Part shown: piece by piece, positions 1-12,519 of the stretch
How the letters are laid out: every line of letters starts with the position of its first letter
How positions within the stretch are numbered: the first letter of the stretch is position 1
Source of the DNA: Acanthaster planci
Lineage: Eukaryota
NCBI RefSeq assembly: GCF_001949145.1
Contig: NW_019091359.1
Location: 1,996,540-2,060,539 of the forward strand
DNA: 64,000 bases
Reading direction: 5' to 3'
Translations under genes and position numbers: made by a program
The notes under the pieces: generated by a model
Told to the model about the DNA's origin: nothing
The model's input: only the letters and a program-made list of their open reading frames with translations
Database searches by the model: none

Positions 1-939
1 TCTTTTTCCTGAGCATCTTGAAACAGCCAAAATACCCATTCTGGCCCAAATGGTCGTAATTAAAAAAAAAAATTATTCATGTGTATCCTGTCCTGGTTTG
101 AGTCATTTGGGGGGTTCTGGTCAACCCCAGCAAGTTGACTAGTAAAGGTCCACGGAAGCCTTGTTTCCTATGGGCAAGTCTGACCTCTTTTTGACCTTGA
201 AAGCCCAATTAGAGTGCCACATGATAAATTGGGGTGTTGTAATTTACTGAACAATATTTAACATTCCCTGACCACCAATATTTGGCACCCATAACCCTGG
301 ACTGCCAGACTAAACAAACCTCCCAACAGGGCACCCATTAAGGGGACAATTCTCTGTAAGCATTTCAACAAGCTAATAATTGCTCTTTGAGCATTACTGT
401 GGGATACAAAGTAGATAGGTACCACCTGTTAGATAGGGGGAATTTACTCCATGGATGTAACTGTTTGAAGTGCCACCAAGCAAAGTCTGGTACCCCCAGC
501 TTCAATATATGCAATGTGTGTAATGCGTGGAATTGATAAACAGTTCACCATGGTCCAGCCCGACCTCTGACCCATGCAAACCTCCCCCCCCCCTTTGTTT
601 CCTCACCCACTGTTTCTACTTACCACTACCCAGGTTCAGAGTTTCATGCAGGATTGAAACGTGTGTCTGTCCCTTCTCAAAAAAGGTTAAAGACTGCTTT
701 CCCCTACAAAAAAATTTTTGAAACTGATACCCGTTGGTAGTAGTTGAATCCATTTAGCAACCTAACTATGTGCAGGGTTTTTAAGGAAATGTACTAAAAG
801 ATTTATTTACAGCTGTTGATGATTTATGTAAAACAGGGGATTGTGAATTTGATACTTGAAAAACAAATGCCTGTCCAAAACTGTTTTGCCTGGCCTGCCT
901 TCAGGGCGGGCTGATAGTTTGTTAGATCAGACAGTACCT

Positions 940-1560
940 CATTCTGTTTCTCAGTAATTTTAATTTTTCTTTTCTTTTTCCCGAACATTTTTGTGCCCGA
1001 ACATCACGTCTCTTCTCCACAACTTGGATATCTCTGGAAATATTCTCCAGGTAAGAGTTTTAGATTTCCTTGACTGCTCCGTGGTGCATATTGTATATTG
1101 GCAAACATGGTATTCATGAGCCTGTGATAGTCCCAAGGATTTTCCGGATTCAAGAGGATTACCAGACGGTGGTTTTTGGTGCATGCTGAAAGTATTCAAT
1201 GAACAGTGTGGCTCACTTCAGGAAAAAAATACCAAAAAGGTTTAAATGACGAAGCACTGTGAAACTGTCATACTTGTAGCCTTGATATGGTTGTTTTGTA
1301 TTACATGTACATGCTTTACTTGCTGGTCTAGTTCCTGAAGTTCTACCGTACATTTTTGAAGTGTAGAGAAAAATCTGCAGTGGAAGATTTTGTTTATCTC
1401 ATCCAGTAGTGGTCCTTTCCTTGCACTCCCCATTACAGGCACTTTCAATTGTTGCCTTAGGTGGCATTCATCCCAAATTACGGGATAGAAAAAAATCAAA
1501 GCTTGCTACAAGCACCAGCGGGCACAGGACACGAGACATTGAACTTTAGAACAAATAAAC
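940..1560 (-). mobile_element. Possible decayed Penelope-like element ORF N-terminal remnant
   Basis: Minus-strand frames with stops/frameshifts give FLSRNLG*MPPK / QLKVPVMGS..LLDEINKIFHC..LQELDQQ and later KRKEKLKLLRNR, resembling the 'FL..C....IPKGL.LK' ... 'K.KKL..L' N-terminal region of PLE ORFs. Weak, by eye. Confidence 0.25.
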
Positions 1561-2695
1561 ATTAGGTTGCCATAAAGATCCCTAAGAGTAAGAAGCATCA
1601 CCTGGAGAAGAAATATGGGTTGATCCTCTGGGGAGAGCTGTAGAATCACAACTCGGAGTGTGCCACCAAGGAATGTGCACTCTAGACAGTTTACGATTAT
1701 TTTAGCAAGGCAGATCCAGAAGTTGGACCAGATGTATCCCTGCCTTGGGTTTGTGAGGTATTGGATTACCTCTGAACTCCCCCTTCCGCATGTCAATTCA
1801 TTGGATGAGAGGTGAAGTTTGTTAGGGGAGTTGAAGACACTGGAAGCGGTCAATGACATCAGAGGCTGACTGTCTTCTGATGTCCAAGGTCTTGGTTGGA
1901 AGAATCCTTTGAAAGGATTTAAACAGTTTGGAAGGGGTGTCAAACATCTCCAGGTCCACCTGGTTCAACTTATTGTGTCCGGCTGTAGTTACATGAATAC
2001 ATGTGTCTGTGTTAGATATAGTTCCCATTGAGAGGTGAGCAGAGGACCTCAGCCCAGATGTGTCTGGCCTTTTTTCCTCCACCCCTTCTTAAAGGTGTCC
2101 TTAGGTTTGTTTTGTCTTCTAAGTGGTAAAGATAATTTTTCTGAAAAGGTTTAGCTCAGCTGAAAAAAAAGAAACAAAATGAAAAACAGAATCTTCCAGA
2201 TTTTATTTTATCTACAGAGGGAAATTGTTCTTTGCTCAATAAGTTGAACTTCAGGGTGGCCGACCATCCCAAAGGTGGTTGTCTGTTTTTTTAAATTGAA
2301 TTCCAGTTTCCACTCCAGAAGGGGGCATACCAGATGTGTTCCCCCCCCCCAGTTTCTGTATTTTTCAGTGTTTTTGTTGTTTTGTTTGAGAGAGAGAGAC
2401 TTTTTCATTTCCCTCCTTTTTTTCTGGCTGTCAACTTGTTATTTAATTGCTTTTTACGACAGATAATCATCAAAACTATTCCTTGCTCGTTCGTTTGGGA
2501 TTACCTTTATTTAGGCCACTCCCCCTTGTTGTACATGCTAAATCTATCAGTTCATTTTTGTCAACATTCAAAGCATTTCCTGTTCCAAAGTAGTCTGCTA
2601 CCGTGAGCACCTGCCTTTTTTGTTGTGCTTTTTTTTGGTTGTGCAGTGTGAGCCAGCTTCGGTCAGCTGTAACCTCAGATAGACTCAATCTCTGA

Positions 2696-2790
2696 AACTG
2701 AACAAAACCCAGGGAGCTGTGGTCCCAGTGTTTGTTGATTTGGGGGTTGGTCAGGGTTGTCCAAACAGTGACCATTACCCATTATGCTTG
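2696..2790 (+). repeat. Dispersed repeat, copy A (pairs with 5535-5630)
   Basis: aactgaacaaaacccagggagctgtggtcccagtgtttgttgatttgggggttggtcagggttgtccaaacagtgaccattacccattatgcttg aligns colinearly with 5535-5630 at roughly 75-80% identity. Confidence 0.8.
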
Positions 2791-3110
2791 CCTGCTGTTT
2801 GACTTTCCCAAAGGCAGTGGAAGTGACATAGTTGGTTTCTTGTTGGGAGATGGTGTTTTTAAAGTAATGGGATATGTCAGGTTTTGAGACATGTTAACTT
2901 GACTGCTGCTAAGGCCAAGGCTTACTGTCTGTGTTCTGATTTGGAATGGCTTTCATTTGGTGGTACCGGTTTACTGGCATTTTTTAATCCTACCATAATT
3001 CATGTAAGGGAACCAACGTTTCAAGAGTATGATCGACCAGAATGCTTTGGGTGCCAATTTTCTTTCCACATTTTGTTGATTTCAAAGAGTTACCTGTATG
3101 TATGTTGCAT

Positions 3111-3125
3111 AGCGCCCTCTTGTGA
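3111..3125 (-). promoter_or_regulatory. CTCF-like motif
   Basis: The minus strand reads TCACAAGAGGGCGCT, close to the CTCF core CCASYAGRKGGCRS. Confidence 0.35.
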
Positions 3126-3172
3126 CAAGGTTGTCAGGAGGAAAAGCTGCAAACCTTCAGTGTATATCTCAT

Positions 3173-3377
3173 CAGTGGAATAGCCTGAGTGGGGGGGGGT
3201 AGTTCCTCGGGAGCTTTTTTTTGGGGGGGGGAGCTTTTGCCATGTCGTCTGTAGTGTGTTAATACACTTTACTTTTTATGTGGGCATAGCCTTAACGTTT
3301 TTGTAAGAGCCGTCAACTATTCAAACTCTGTGGCATGGGGGAAGGGAGCAAGGAACCCCCCCTCGGCTATACCACTG
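3173..3377. mobile_element. hAT-like MITE (CAGTGG-type termini)
   Basis: TIRs cagtggaatagcc / ggctataccactg match 12/13, with G- and C-runs subterminally. No clean 8-bp TSD. Confidence 0.55.
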
Positions 3378-4655
3378 CATTCTGCAGTTGTTTTTTTTCT
3401 GACCAGAGTTGGCAGATGAAACAATCTTCTGTAAAAAGTGTGAAAAGCAACCATCCAAAATAAATTTCACCAGACAGCCTCAACAAGCACTTCCATATTA
3501 AATGCTTAGGGCACAAAATTGTGTGTACAGGGGGAAAATGATGCAAACCATAGTTGATTTTCTGCAAATCGTCTTATGTAAAAATTAGAAAAATTAGACT
3601 TATTGCTTGCATATACAAGAAACAGTTTTCCAGTTCAAGCAGACCATGGGTACAGTATGTTTCAAGGCACGTAGAAAAGTTACATTTCAATATGTCATTT
3701 GATGTACAGTCAGATATATTTATTAATTAGTTCTGTACTTCTTCAAATGACATGACATTTCCATTTGAATTGCTTTTCTCAAGTGCTGTTGTTGGCATTA
3801 TTAGCTCTGGCCAAATTATGCATAATGGGTCATTCACTGCGATGGCTTGTCTGTACACTCAAGCAGCGTCCTCTGTCATGGAGCGTGTCTGCTATGCAAT
3901 TAAGCATAATCACTCTGCACTGCAAAGACATACAAGTGCCGTAACGCGAGCCGCCAGATACACTCGAAGATGTGTCATTGTCCGAGGACAAAAGGGTCCC
4001 TTCCTAATGCTGGACAAACACCTGGGGATCGCGTTTCTTCTCGGGCGCAGGGCTCAGCGAGGGAACGCGCCGTTCTGGTCGGGCTGACGAAGGATGGCCC
4101 GGTAACAGTCCAGTGTTTGTCATCTTTCCATAGGGAGTAATCATTCCTTTTGCATGTATAAGTTGGAAGGAAAAATCTATTATGGTGCACGTGTGGGGTG
4201 CTTGTGCTGTATAGGTTGCATATGCCAAGAGAAGAATAAAGTCATATTTATTCAGTTAGTTCATGTTAATCTGCTAACTTGCTCGGAACATTGAGTAAAT
4301 CAAGACTGATCTTTTTCTTTTTATAAAAAGGACGAAAGGACTTTTTTGCTAGTGAACATAAAACATATTAATTAAGTTTTTATGGTTAGCATTTTACTCT
4401 AATGCTCTTTCTACAATGAGATATTCTGATACCTTGCACGGAAAATACCGAGGGCAGCAAATTAGCCTTGTTGTCTCTAGATCATGGGCATTGATATCCT
4501 GCCTATGGAACTATAAAAAAAGATGGTGAAATAACATGCAGACTTGACAACACATGACCACTTGGACGGTACTTGCTGGCAGTTTTTATGGAGGTCTGCT
4601 GGTGTGTTGCATATTGCGCTCATATTTGGCATCCACACTCTTGAGAGTGGGAATA

Positions 4656-4823
4656 CGGGCGATTCACAATAGTGTGCCACCCAGAGTCTGCAACGCGTTG
4701 GCCAATCACAATGCGCAAAATCTGTCGATCCAATGCACGTTTGGAAAGGGTTGACAAATTTCACGCTTTGTGATTGGCCAACGCGTTGCAGACTCATGGG
4801 GGCACACTATTGTGAATCGCTTG
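4656..4823. mobile_element. Palindromic MITE flanked by TA (Tc1/mariner-type)
   Basis: Inverted arms of ~70 bp include a perfect 28-bp pair (4684-4711 vs 4768-4795) around a ~25-bp spacer. TA lies at 4654-4655 and 4824-4825. Confidence 0.85.
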
Positions 4824-5204
4824 TATTGTAGGTCAGCAGTACAGTTTATACTATGACATGAACCTTGGTTTGGTACCCTGTTTTTGCTAAGCAAATATTT
4901 TGTGTACTCAGCATATTTCTAAAACTCTGTGAAATTGCAATGGGCCCCAAGTTCCTGCTAACCAAACAGTCCTGGATACGGGGAATGTTTTAGTGGAATC
5001 ATCGTGTTGGGTCTACAGTGTACATTTACATTTGATGCCCTATTTTAAGTATTAACAATCATTGGTGTCGGTACCACCACAGTGCCAATTTCTTTTGTTT
5101 CAAGATACCTTGAAGTCCTTGTGGGGTACCATTTGCATTGTCTCTTAGCAGACAAAGGATATACTGGAACTTAGCGGACACCTTTTAAATTGATCATGTC
5201 TGGA

Positions 5205-5515
5205 TTATGCCATGCTGTGGTCGTAATGCAAATACAGGCACTGGGTGATAGGGCTATCGAAGCTATTAGTTGCTTGGCATGATGTGGAGTTCTTAGGGGC
5301 AGTTTGTGTTATTTGTGAGAGATGTTGAGGTCGTCGACCTTTTTGTCCTAGCAGAGTTTTTAAATTCAGGTGTATGCGGATGTGAACTGACAGTGTTAAT
5401 TTCAACCAGAGTAGTAGACATTGCTTTTTCAAATTTATGTTATGTTGTGAGCTAATTGTCTGTAGAGAGCCAAATTTGGAATCAGATGTCGGGTTCACAC
5501 AGGCTATTATCATAT
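5205..5515 (-). mobile_element. Decayed L2/CR1 endonuclease fragment
   Basis: ORF 5205-5513 (IIACVNPTSDS...KQCLLL...LSQITQTAPKNST..ATNSFDSPIT) follows the order of APE-domain motifs YRPP / GD.N / L.Q.I..PTR.T...D.I.T. Confidence 0.4.
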
Positions 5516-5534
5516 AACAGGACCCCCAACCCGG

Positions 5535-5630
5535 AACTGAATAAGACCTGGGGAGTTTGGGGTCTTAATGTTTGTTAATTTTGGGCCTGGTCAGGGTTGT
5601 CTAAACAGAGACCATTGCCCATTATACTTG
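5535..5630 (+). repeat. Dispersed repeat, copy B (pairs with 2696-2790)
   Basis: aactgaataagacctggggagtttggggtcttaatgtttgttaattttgggcctggtcagggttgtctaaacagagaccattgcccattatacttg. Confidence 0.8.
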
Positions 5631-6819
5631 TCAGAATCAATTGTCATTGTCAAATTCAGAGGGTTTTGTGCTAGTTCAATGAATTTCAGATGGAGCGTGA
5701 AAGCTCAGTCGCCTTGCATGGTCAAGCTGGTGCTGGTAAAATTATGCACTTGATTCCTCACACTTCAATCCTCAAAGGTTAACTTGAACAAGATTGATCA
5801 TAGTGGACCGATTTGTCCGGTTATCACAATTGCACTGATTGGCATCCAAACAAGGATGTCGCTGTTGTCAGTGGTATCATATTGATCATGGGCATCAGAA
5901 ATTGGCATAGGCCTATAGCCGTTTTTTTCCATCAGTCATCTTATTTGGCTGAGGCAGGAGCCACCTTGATAGCCTCGCTTGGCACAGCCTGATTTAGCAT
6001 GCTGGCCAGTGTCAGTCACACCAATGTCAGCCACTATTCTTCATTTCATAGCCAATTGTTGTCAAATTAGTTTCATTATTTTAACATCATTTGGGTTGAA
6101 TTACCTGTATCGAAAAATATTTTGCATTTTTAGATAAGAGTAAGTTTTTAATAAAATGTAAATTCATACAAAAAATCAAATGCTCCATTTGATTTTGTCT
6201 TCATGATATTGGTATCGACTCTTGTGTACAGTCAGAGGAAGGGCTTATCACCTCTCTAGTAGGGCTTGTCAGCTTAATCAGCCCTGTCACAGAATATCAT
6301 GAACCCCATAAGAAGGACTGGTATAGCACCCTTAGGGAAGGGTCACTCATGGAGACCAACCAATTCGCTCCTTGCCCAGTGCCCACACAGGGCGCTGGGA
6401 AGGGCTAATCCGTTTCACCAATTTTTGTGATGGAAATATGTCACGCGGGGTCATTGTTAAAAATGCGCGGAACATTGTGGGTTGTGGCCGTGCGACCGGT
6501 TGACTTCACTTGTCACCCAGCCCCCCGCTGATGTACCAGCCTGGCGTGAGCAAAAATGGCGACACCAGTCAAAATCGCAAATGAAATGTGTGTGGCGTGT
6601 GCCATCCCTGCTGGGAAAAATCGTTGTATGCATCTGACAGACGACACAGCGCCAGGTTCGAAAGCAGTACCTGTTCAGTTGGAAGTCGCAGCTCAGCCGC
6701 CATGATTTTTTTACGCAAGAATGTTTACAAAAGAAAGTGATGACCTTGTGGTCACAGGTCGTACAAAATTTAACCCATGAGAGCATACCGTTCAATTGGA
6801 ACCAACCAGCAGTGATTGC

Positions 6820-6896
6820 CACTGGTGTCCTGACTGATAGGCACTGGTGTCCTGCCTGATAGGCACTGGTGTCCTGCCTGATAGGCACTGGTGTCC
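6820..6896 (+). repeat. Minisatellite, 22-bp unit x ~3.5
   Basis: Unit cactggtgtcctgcctgatagg at 6820, 6842, 6864 and partial at 6886, with one mismatch in the first copy. Confidence 0.95.
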
Positions 6897-7628
6897 ATGT
6901 CCAATTCAGCTCTGTATCAGCAATGTGTTTGCAGCCTCCAGCTTTGCTTAAAATTTGCTGGAAGATAGGTTGTGCTGCTCTGAAAATAACACATGCACCA
7001 ATGGTACTCACTGGCTAACCGCTGCAGTTGAGATTTCCAGACGGCCAAAATGGTACAGTGTGCATGAGCTTTTTCAGTCTCGATAAGCTAGTCATTATCT
7101 TATCTAGGTAGGAAGGTCATAGGTTACGCAGCAAATGGAAGACCAGAATACCCACTACATCTGTCAAATTGTACATGTATCTCAGAGACATATCCTTGTC
7201 ACTGGAAGCCGAATGTCAACGAGTAGTTTAACTTCAGAAAAGAACACCGAATTGCATTCCGTACTGGAATGTTCCCATCGAATAGTCATCATGCGTCAAT
7301 AATCAACATGAAAAAAAGAGTATGCCACACGAGTGACCTGATAGCAATCGGAAATGACAGCGCCATACAAGCAGATGGAGGCACTCCATGAACCGACCAT
7401 TAATGATGTATGTACACGTGTGTTTGCGATTGACTTTCTGTTTGCTGTAATACGTGCAGTCATGTTGCCACTTTGTATTACGTTTAACTGGTAAATGTTT
7501 TCAGCTACAAATAGCAGATGGCGGGCAGAGAGCAAAATGCATTTCGCACTCGAGATGCATGTGGTGAACTTAGTCACGTTGGAATCCTAGGCAATTTTAT
7601 GGTGTACTCTGTCAGAAAAAAATGAAGG

Positions 7629-7643
7629 GAGCCCTCTTGTGGC
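7629..7643 (-). promoter_or_regulatory. CTCF-like motif
   Basis: The minus strand reads GCCACAAGAGGGCTC. Confidence 0.3.
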
Positions 7644-8781
7644 AAATTTGCTGCTGTCTCTTGCAAGTCTTGTCACTCTCCACAGAAATCCTCGGATTTG
7701 CATTACTGTACAACAGTTTCACAGGGAACATCTGATTAAAATAAATACTTTCCTGCAACCGCTTTCTCTCTTTTGCAAGTAGCATTTTGTGAACTTCAAT
7801 CCTGTTTGAGATTTTCAGGGTGCATTAAAAGGTTTCTCATTGTATGAGTCTTTATCAAAAGATGAGAGCCAAAACTTCAACAAAAGGGGTCAGAGCATGC
7901 ATACTCTGGCTTAAAAAAATGGAACTGTTAAGATAACATTTGGAGAATGTTAATTATAAACAAGAAATGGAGATCACAACTGGCCAGCATAGGCACTGGT
8001 AGCAAGCAACAGTGCTTGTCATGAAAACAGATGGATGATCAACTGACCAGGAAACCGGCTTCTTTGAAGGTTTGGTATGTCCACAAATCAACTACTTAAA
8101 AGAAAATGCATGGAGGCCGGAGTGAATTGGTGGGCATGTCCAGCTTCCTTAACCCCTTCCATAAGTGAAGTGCCAGTGCCAGTTAAGTTTCCCAGGTGGG
8201 TCACTATTGCTAAAGACTTCCTCTTCTGTTGGGCCATCCAGGGATTGCCATAATGGCTGTAGTCAGTCCAGGGCAACTGTTTTGCCTCACTTAGCAGGTC
8301 CAGCTGAACAGGCCTCCCTTTTGCCCCTCTCTGTTGTTCACCCACCCCACCCCTGTGAAAAGTTCAAGGACTTTGGAACCCTGGAAAAGAGGTCTGCAAT
8401 GTAAACACAGAACAGGATTAAGCACCCCTGTTCTGCTGATGGGGACCAGTCTCTTCAAGCCTCCATGCTTCAAGTCAGGTGGATATCTGGAACCATTTTT
8501 CTCTCCAAGTGTAATAAAATAAATGTAGGACGCACCATTTTCCTGTCGTATCCATTATGCGTGACATCTTGGCCAAGCTAGTTGCAACATTGCTTGTTCC
8601 GATCACTTTCTACCTTATGTTGGAGTATGCTGGGCATTTTGATGTGAAATAGTGGTACCTCTGTTTTGCCCATTTGGTAAAATAAACTGGCAGCTAATAT
8701 GTCAACTACTTGGATGTAAACAGAGTGTTGATGAATACTGCTTGTGGGTGCAAAAGTAAATTAGGATTTGGATATTCAAAG

Positions 8782-9068
8782 CAGGGTTTCATCTAGGATT
8801 GATGTACATGTATATTTCTGTTCTTTCCCAGCTGTTAAAACTACCTCTCCACCCCCCAGTAAACTGTTTCAACAGTGACTCCCCTCAGTGTTATTTGAGG
8901 CCATATTTCCACTGTCCCCAATTTTTGGAAGGAAATGCGAAGATTTCTTCACAGGTGTTGAAGATTAACATTAAAAATATTGAGGTTGTAAATTTTGAAC
9001 AAGCCAAAACTGTCTGTCCAAAATTGTTTTTGCCCAGTCTTCAGGACAGGTGGCAAGGTGAGACACTG
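8782..9068. mobile_element. Degenerate MITE with CAGGGTTTCATCT-type termini; related partial copy at ~773-915
   Basis: TIRs cagggtttcatct / aggtgagacactg match 10/13. The internal block ctgtccaaaa(t/c)tgtttt(t)gcc is shared with 871-890, and another cagggtttcatct lies at ~13097. Confidence 0.5.
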
Positions 9069-9869
9069 ACGGACAGTAATGTTTTCCGACCTTGTGTGAG
9101 GGATGGACTAGACTCACTGAAGACAAATTTTACATTGAGAATTTAGTGTTAGAAAGGGAGAAAATGAGTAAGCGCATTTCCCAGTGGCATAAATTTTGTG
9201 GTTAGGAGAGGCCAGGGACGCAGGTTTAGCTTAATTCCTCCGCATGCGGGTGTTTTCACCTGCGCGCCCAAGTTGGATTTTAATTGGGATGGGAAACAAT
9301 CCAATAAGGTTTGTCTTCGGCTGTGTCAACGTGGCCTGAGGCATTGCAGAGGACATCATGGAGGAAATGAAGAGAGATGTACATGTAGTATTCTGAGATC
9401 CAGTGGCGAGGGTGCTTGCCTGAGTAGCTAACTGTACCAATAGGATGTCAAGGGAGACAGGTGATGAAGGGTGCGCTGATCCCACTCTATTGGCTTATTG
9501 GAGAAAGGGCTTTGACTTGGAAGTTATTTGCCCACGGACATGATGGATAAGTTGGTTCCTATTGACCTGTATATGGTTACGTGTACAGGTACTCATGAAC
9601 ACTTTTTCACTCTTAACTTAAGACAAATTAGAAATGTGTTTGTCTTGGAATCTTCTCGTGTCTCTGCCAAGGGATCAAGAGACAGGAGGGGGATTTTATG
9701 TCAGTGAGGAGCATTGGTTACCCTCATTTCCTGTCTAACATTCTACTCCCTAATATCCAGCATTTAATTCAAATTTTTTTTATTTTTTGTAAAGTCTTCT
9801 ATACCCTTCCCAAGAACAGACAAAACTGTGAGGCTTAAGTCTGTAGTGCTTGACTGCGGCTGAAAACAT

Positions 9870-10260
9870 CAGAAAGCAATGGTTTTGGACATGTTCTTCA
9901 GAGCTTGGGTGTGTAGGATGTAGGGCCCCTGTGTAGGTGGTTTGAGTGCACTGTACAGAGGAGACCAGACCAATTTTTTTAACCGAACGTGGTCACAACC
10001 AGTTACTTGTCCGTAGCTTTGTAGGCATGTCTGTATCATCTCCCTTTTGAGCACTTTGGGGAGAAAATTGGTGTATGGAGTCCATAGGTAACAAGTTTTA
10101 CTTGAAGGCAGCCGTAATTGTGGCGAAGTTTTCACTGTTTGTGTTTCCAGGTAACACTTTCAACCTTGAACCATTCTTGGTGGGCACATTTAAAAAGCAG
10201 TTTGCCTACATCCAAGTATGTGCAATACAGATCAGAAGAATCATGTCTGGCTTTTAGGAG
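9870..10260 (-). mobile_element. Possible Tx1/L1-clade ORF1 remnant
   Basis: The minus ORF contains NFLPKVLKREMIQTCLQSYGQV, similar to the 'P..+..E.+...L..YG.V' motif of Tx1-type ORF1 proteins. Confidence 0.25.
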
Positions 10261-12519
10261 ATGGATGGTCTGTCTATTCCACATGGATTGCAGGGTTGGC
10301 AGAATGCTCAATGCTTGTCTGTTTGTTCACCTTGTAGCAACACACACTGCCATTACACTCATTCTTGTGTAGTTGCTGTTAATTGACAGTACAAGGTCAT
10401 CACATAAATCTCCCTCTTGCGTTAGTAGATTTGTAAACAAAAAACTTCTTGTCTGCAAGTCACAGATGATTTTTGAGTGACCAACAGATTGGTTTCATTC
10501 TGCCTTTTATTCCGAGTTTGACATCATGACTTGATTGTGTGAAATTTTCATCAGTGTTTATTTAATCCGAAGGTGTGGAAAATTGCACTGTCTCCAAGAA
10601 AACTTTCAACCTGAGGGCTCTCAAGGTGGAAAGCCACTGGGATTACATGACTCCTTGAGGCCCTTCGTTTGTGGTTGGTAGGAACTTCCCCTGGATTACA
10701 GGACCGTATGGATATACATGTATACTTGTAGCAGTTTACCATAGCTGCATTGGTGGACCACGGATTGGTTGTCATCGGCATAGCCTTCTAGATTCGAACT
10801 TTTTCTGTGATCAGAGCCTGTTAAGGTATTCTTCTCACAGTCCCACAGTCATGTTGAAGAATGTGGGTTCTGATCCAGGAATAGGTAGGAAGGGTTCTGA
10901 CTATTTGACACATTCACAAAAAGTCAAGGTATCTTCTGACATAAATTGCATGTTCATGAAATGCCAATGTAAATAAAGAGACTTAAATTGTAAGAATAAT
11001 TGGTCAGATGTAAATCAGATTTTTGGGTTTCATTTCTGGGTGTGTACAACAAATGACGCCAATGTGCATGTAATTAAGCACTTTGTAAAATTTTTAAAAT
11101 TACAAATGTAGCAACTCAATTATTTTAGTTCTGAATCAGTGATTTACTCATTCGTTCGGTATTCACAGGTTCATGAGATTCATGCGGCATGCCCACAGTA
11201 TTAAATTCAAAATGGGAGTGCATGTAGAAAGCTTATGGCTGTTTTTCTGCAGATGGGCATGTTGACTTTTTTGGTTAGTCCTCCCTTGCCAGGTTGGTAA
11301 TTCTGAGATCTGAAATTACTTCCCGCAGGCTGAATTCTCTAGAACACAACAGACTTTGATTTGATTAGGAACTATTTCTTAGAAATTTCCACTCCTGATC
11401 TTGGCACTGACCGTACTCAGGATTTAACTTGAGGAATGCACTAAAAAAGGAGTGGGGTTCAAGGAAAATTGGGTGTGGTTAGTGTAAGAAGGGAGAAATT
11501 TTAATTACTATTTATCCACGAGCATGCTCTGTGTTTCAGACAGAAGAAAACTTAACAAGATGTTAATTAAATTTAAAGTGATGAATTAAGATCGTAATCT
11601 CTAATGTAGTTCGGACTGAAATGTAATGAATATGATTTGCACATCCACAACCTTGTAAATTTCCAAGTGGTTTTTTTTCCTAAAAGGAGTAAAGGATGAT
11701 GAACTGAAAGAGTGAGTGTTATAAGGTCATTGCAGTGCTGGTGTGTGTTTTTGTTTTTTAATGTACCACACCACCCTCATTCCAAACATCGAATGATAAG
11801 CCAGCCTTGCCCATCTCTCTTAGATGGCTTCCTGGAATATCATACCAGTCAAATCACCATTTAAATTGCAGCCCTTGAAATCCCTTGGTTTCTCTTTTGT
11901 TTTTGGTCAAGCCATTAACTTCTGCCTAAGGAGGCTGTTTGATATTGAGTTCCGAGGTACCAGCAAGGTTTTTGTACTTTTTAATTGCCGAGTATCGTTC
12001 ATGCGAAAAATTAAAATGCACCTTGCATTGCTGATTACACTCGTACAGGAGAAATATGCATATGCATGTACAATACCTGTCTTTGTATCACAAAGTGCAG
12101 GTTAGTTATGGTGATGTATTGCCTGTACACATGTGATTATACCGTAGGAAAAGAAACAAAATCTAGAGGTTCTTGAATGAAATGCTCATGTACTTAAACA
12201 GATGCTCTCTGATTGTTACCTACTGTGGTTAGTTTTTGATTGTAAAGTATTGTTTCAGACATTCAAGTTGACATAAAACACTTGCCACATTTGCCATTTT
12301 ACCCCAATCCTCTCTTGCTACAAAATTTCAGCTTGGCTTCTGTTTGAATTTGATGAATTTGAGACTATGTAGCAATGACATTATTAGTTTACGGCACCAC
12401 ATGGGGCTGGATGTGCTGATTTTGTCATAGTGTAGATAAGAAGTCAACTTTGTGTAGGATGCCGCCCTGTAACGTGGTGTCAGATTGGAAACTGCAAGAA
12501 AATAAAAAGCAGTGGCACA

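Noticed and set aside
6820..6896. CRISPR-like array (also the 13-mer array at 29808-29927)
   Set aside because: Units are head-to-tail with no unique spacers, there are no cas genes, and the context is eukaryotic.
6457..7011. 184-aa minus-strand ORF
   Set aside because: Runs through a minisatellite, with no recognisable domain or splice structure.
10151..10215. Possible 65-nt cassette exon (ttccAG ... CAA|GTATGT)
   Set aside because: Frame-shifting length, unrecognised peptide, and it overlaps a probable antisense retroelement remnant. Such pseudo-exons are common.
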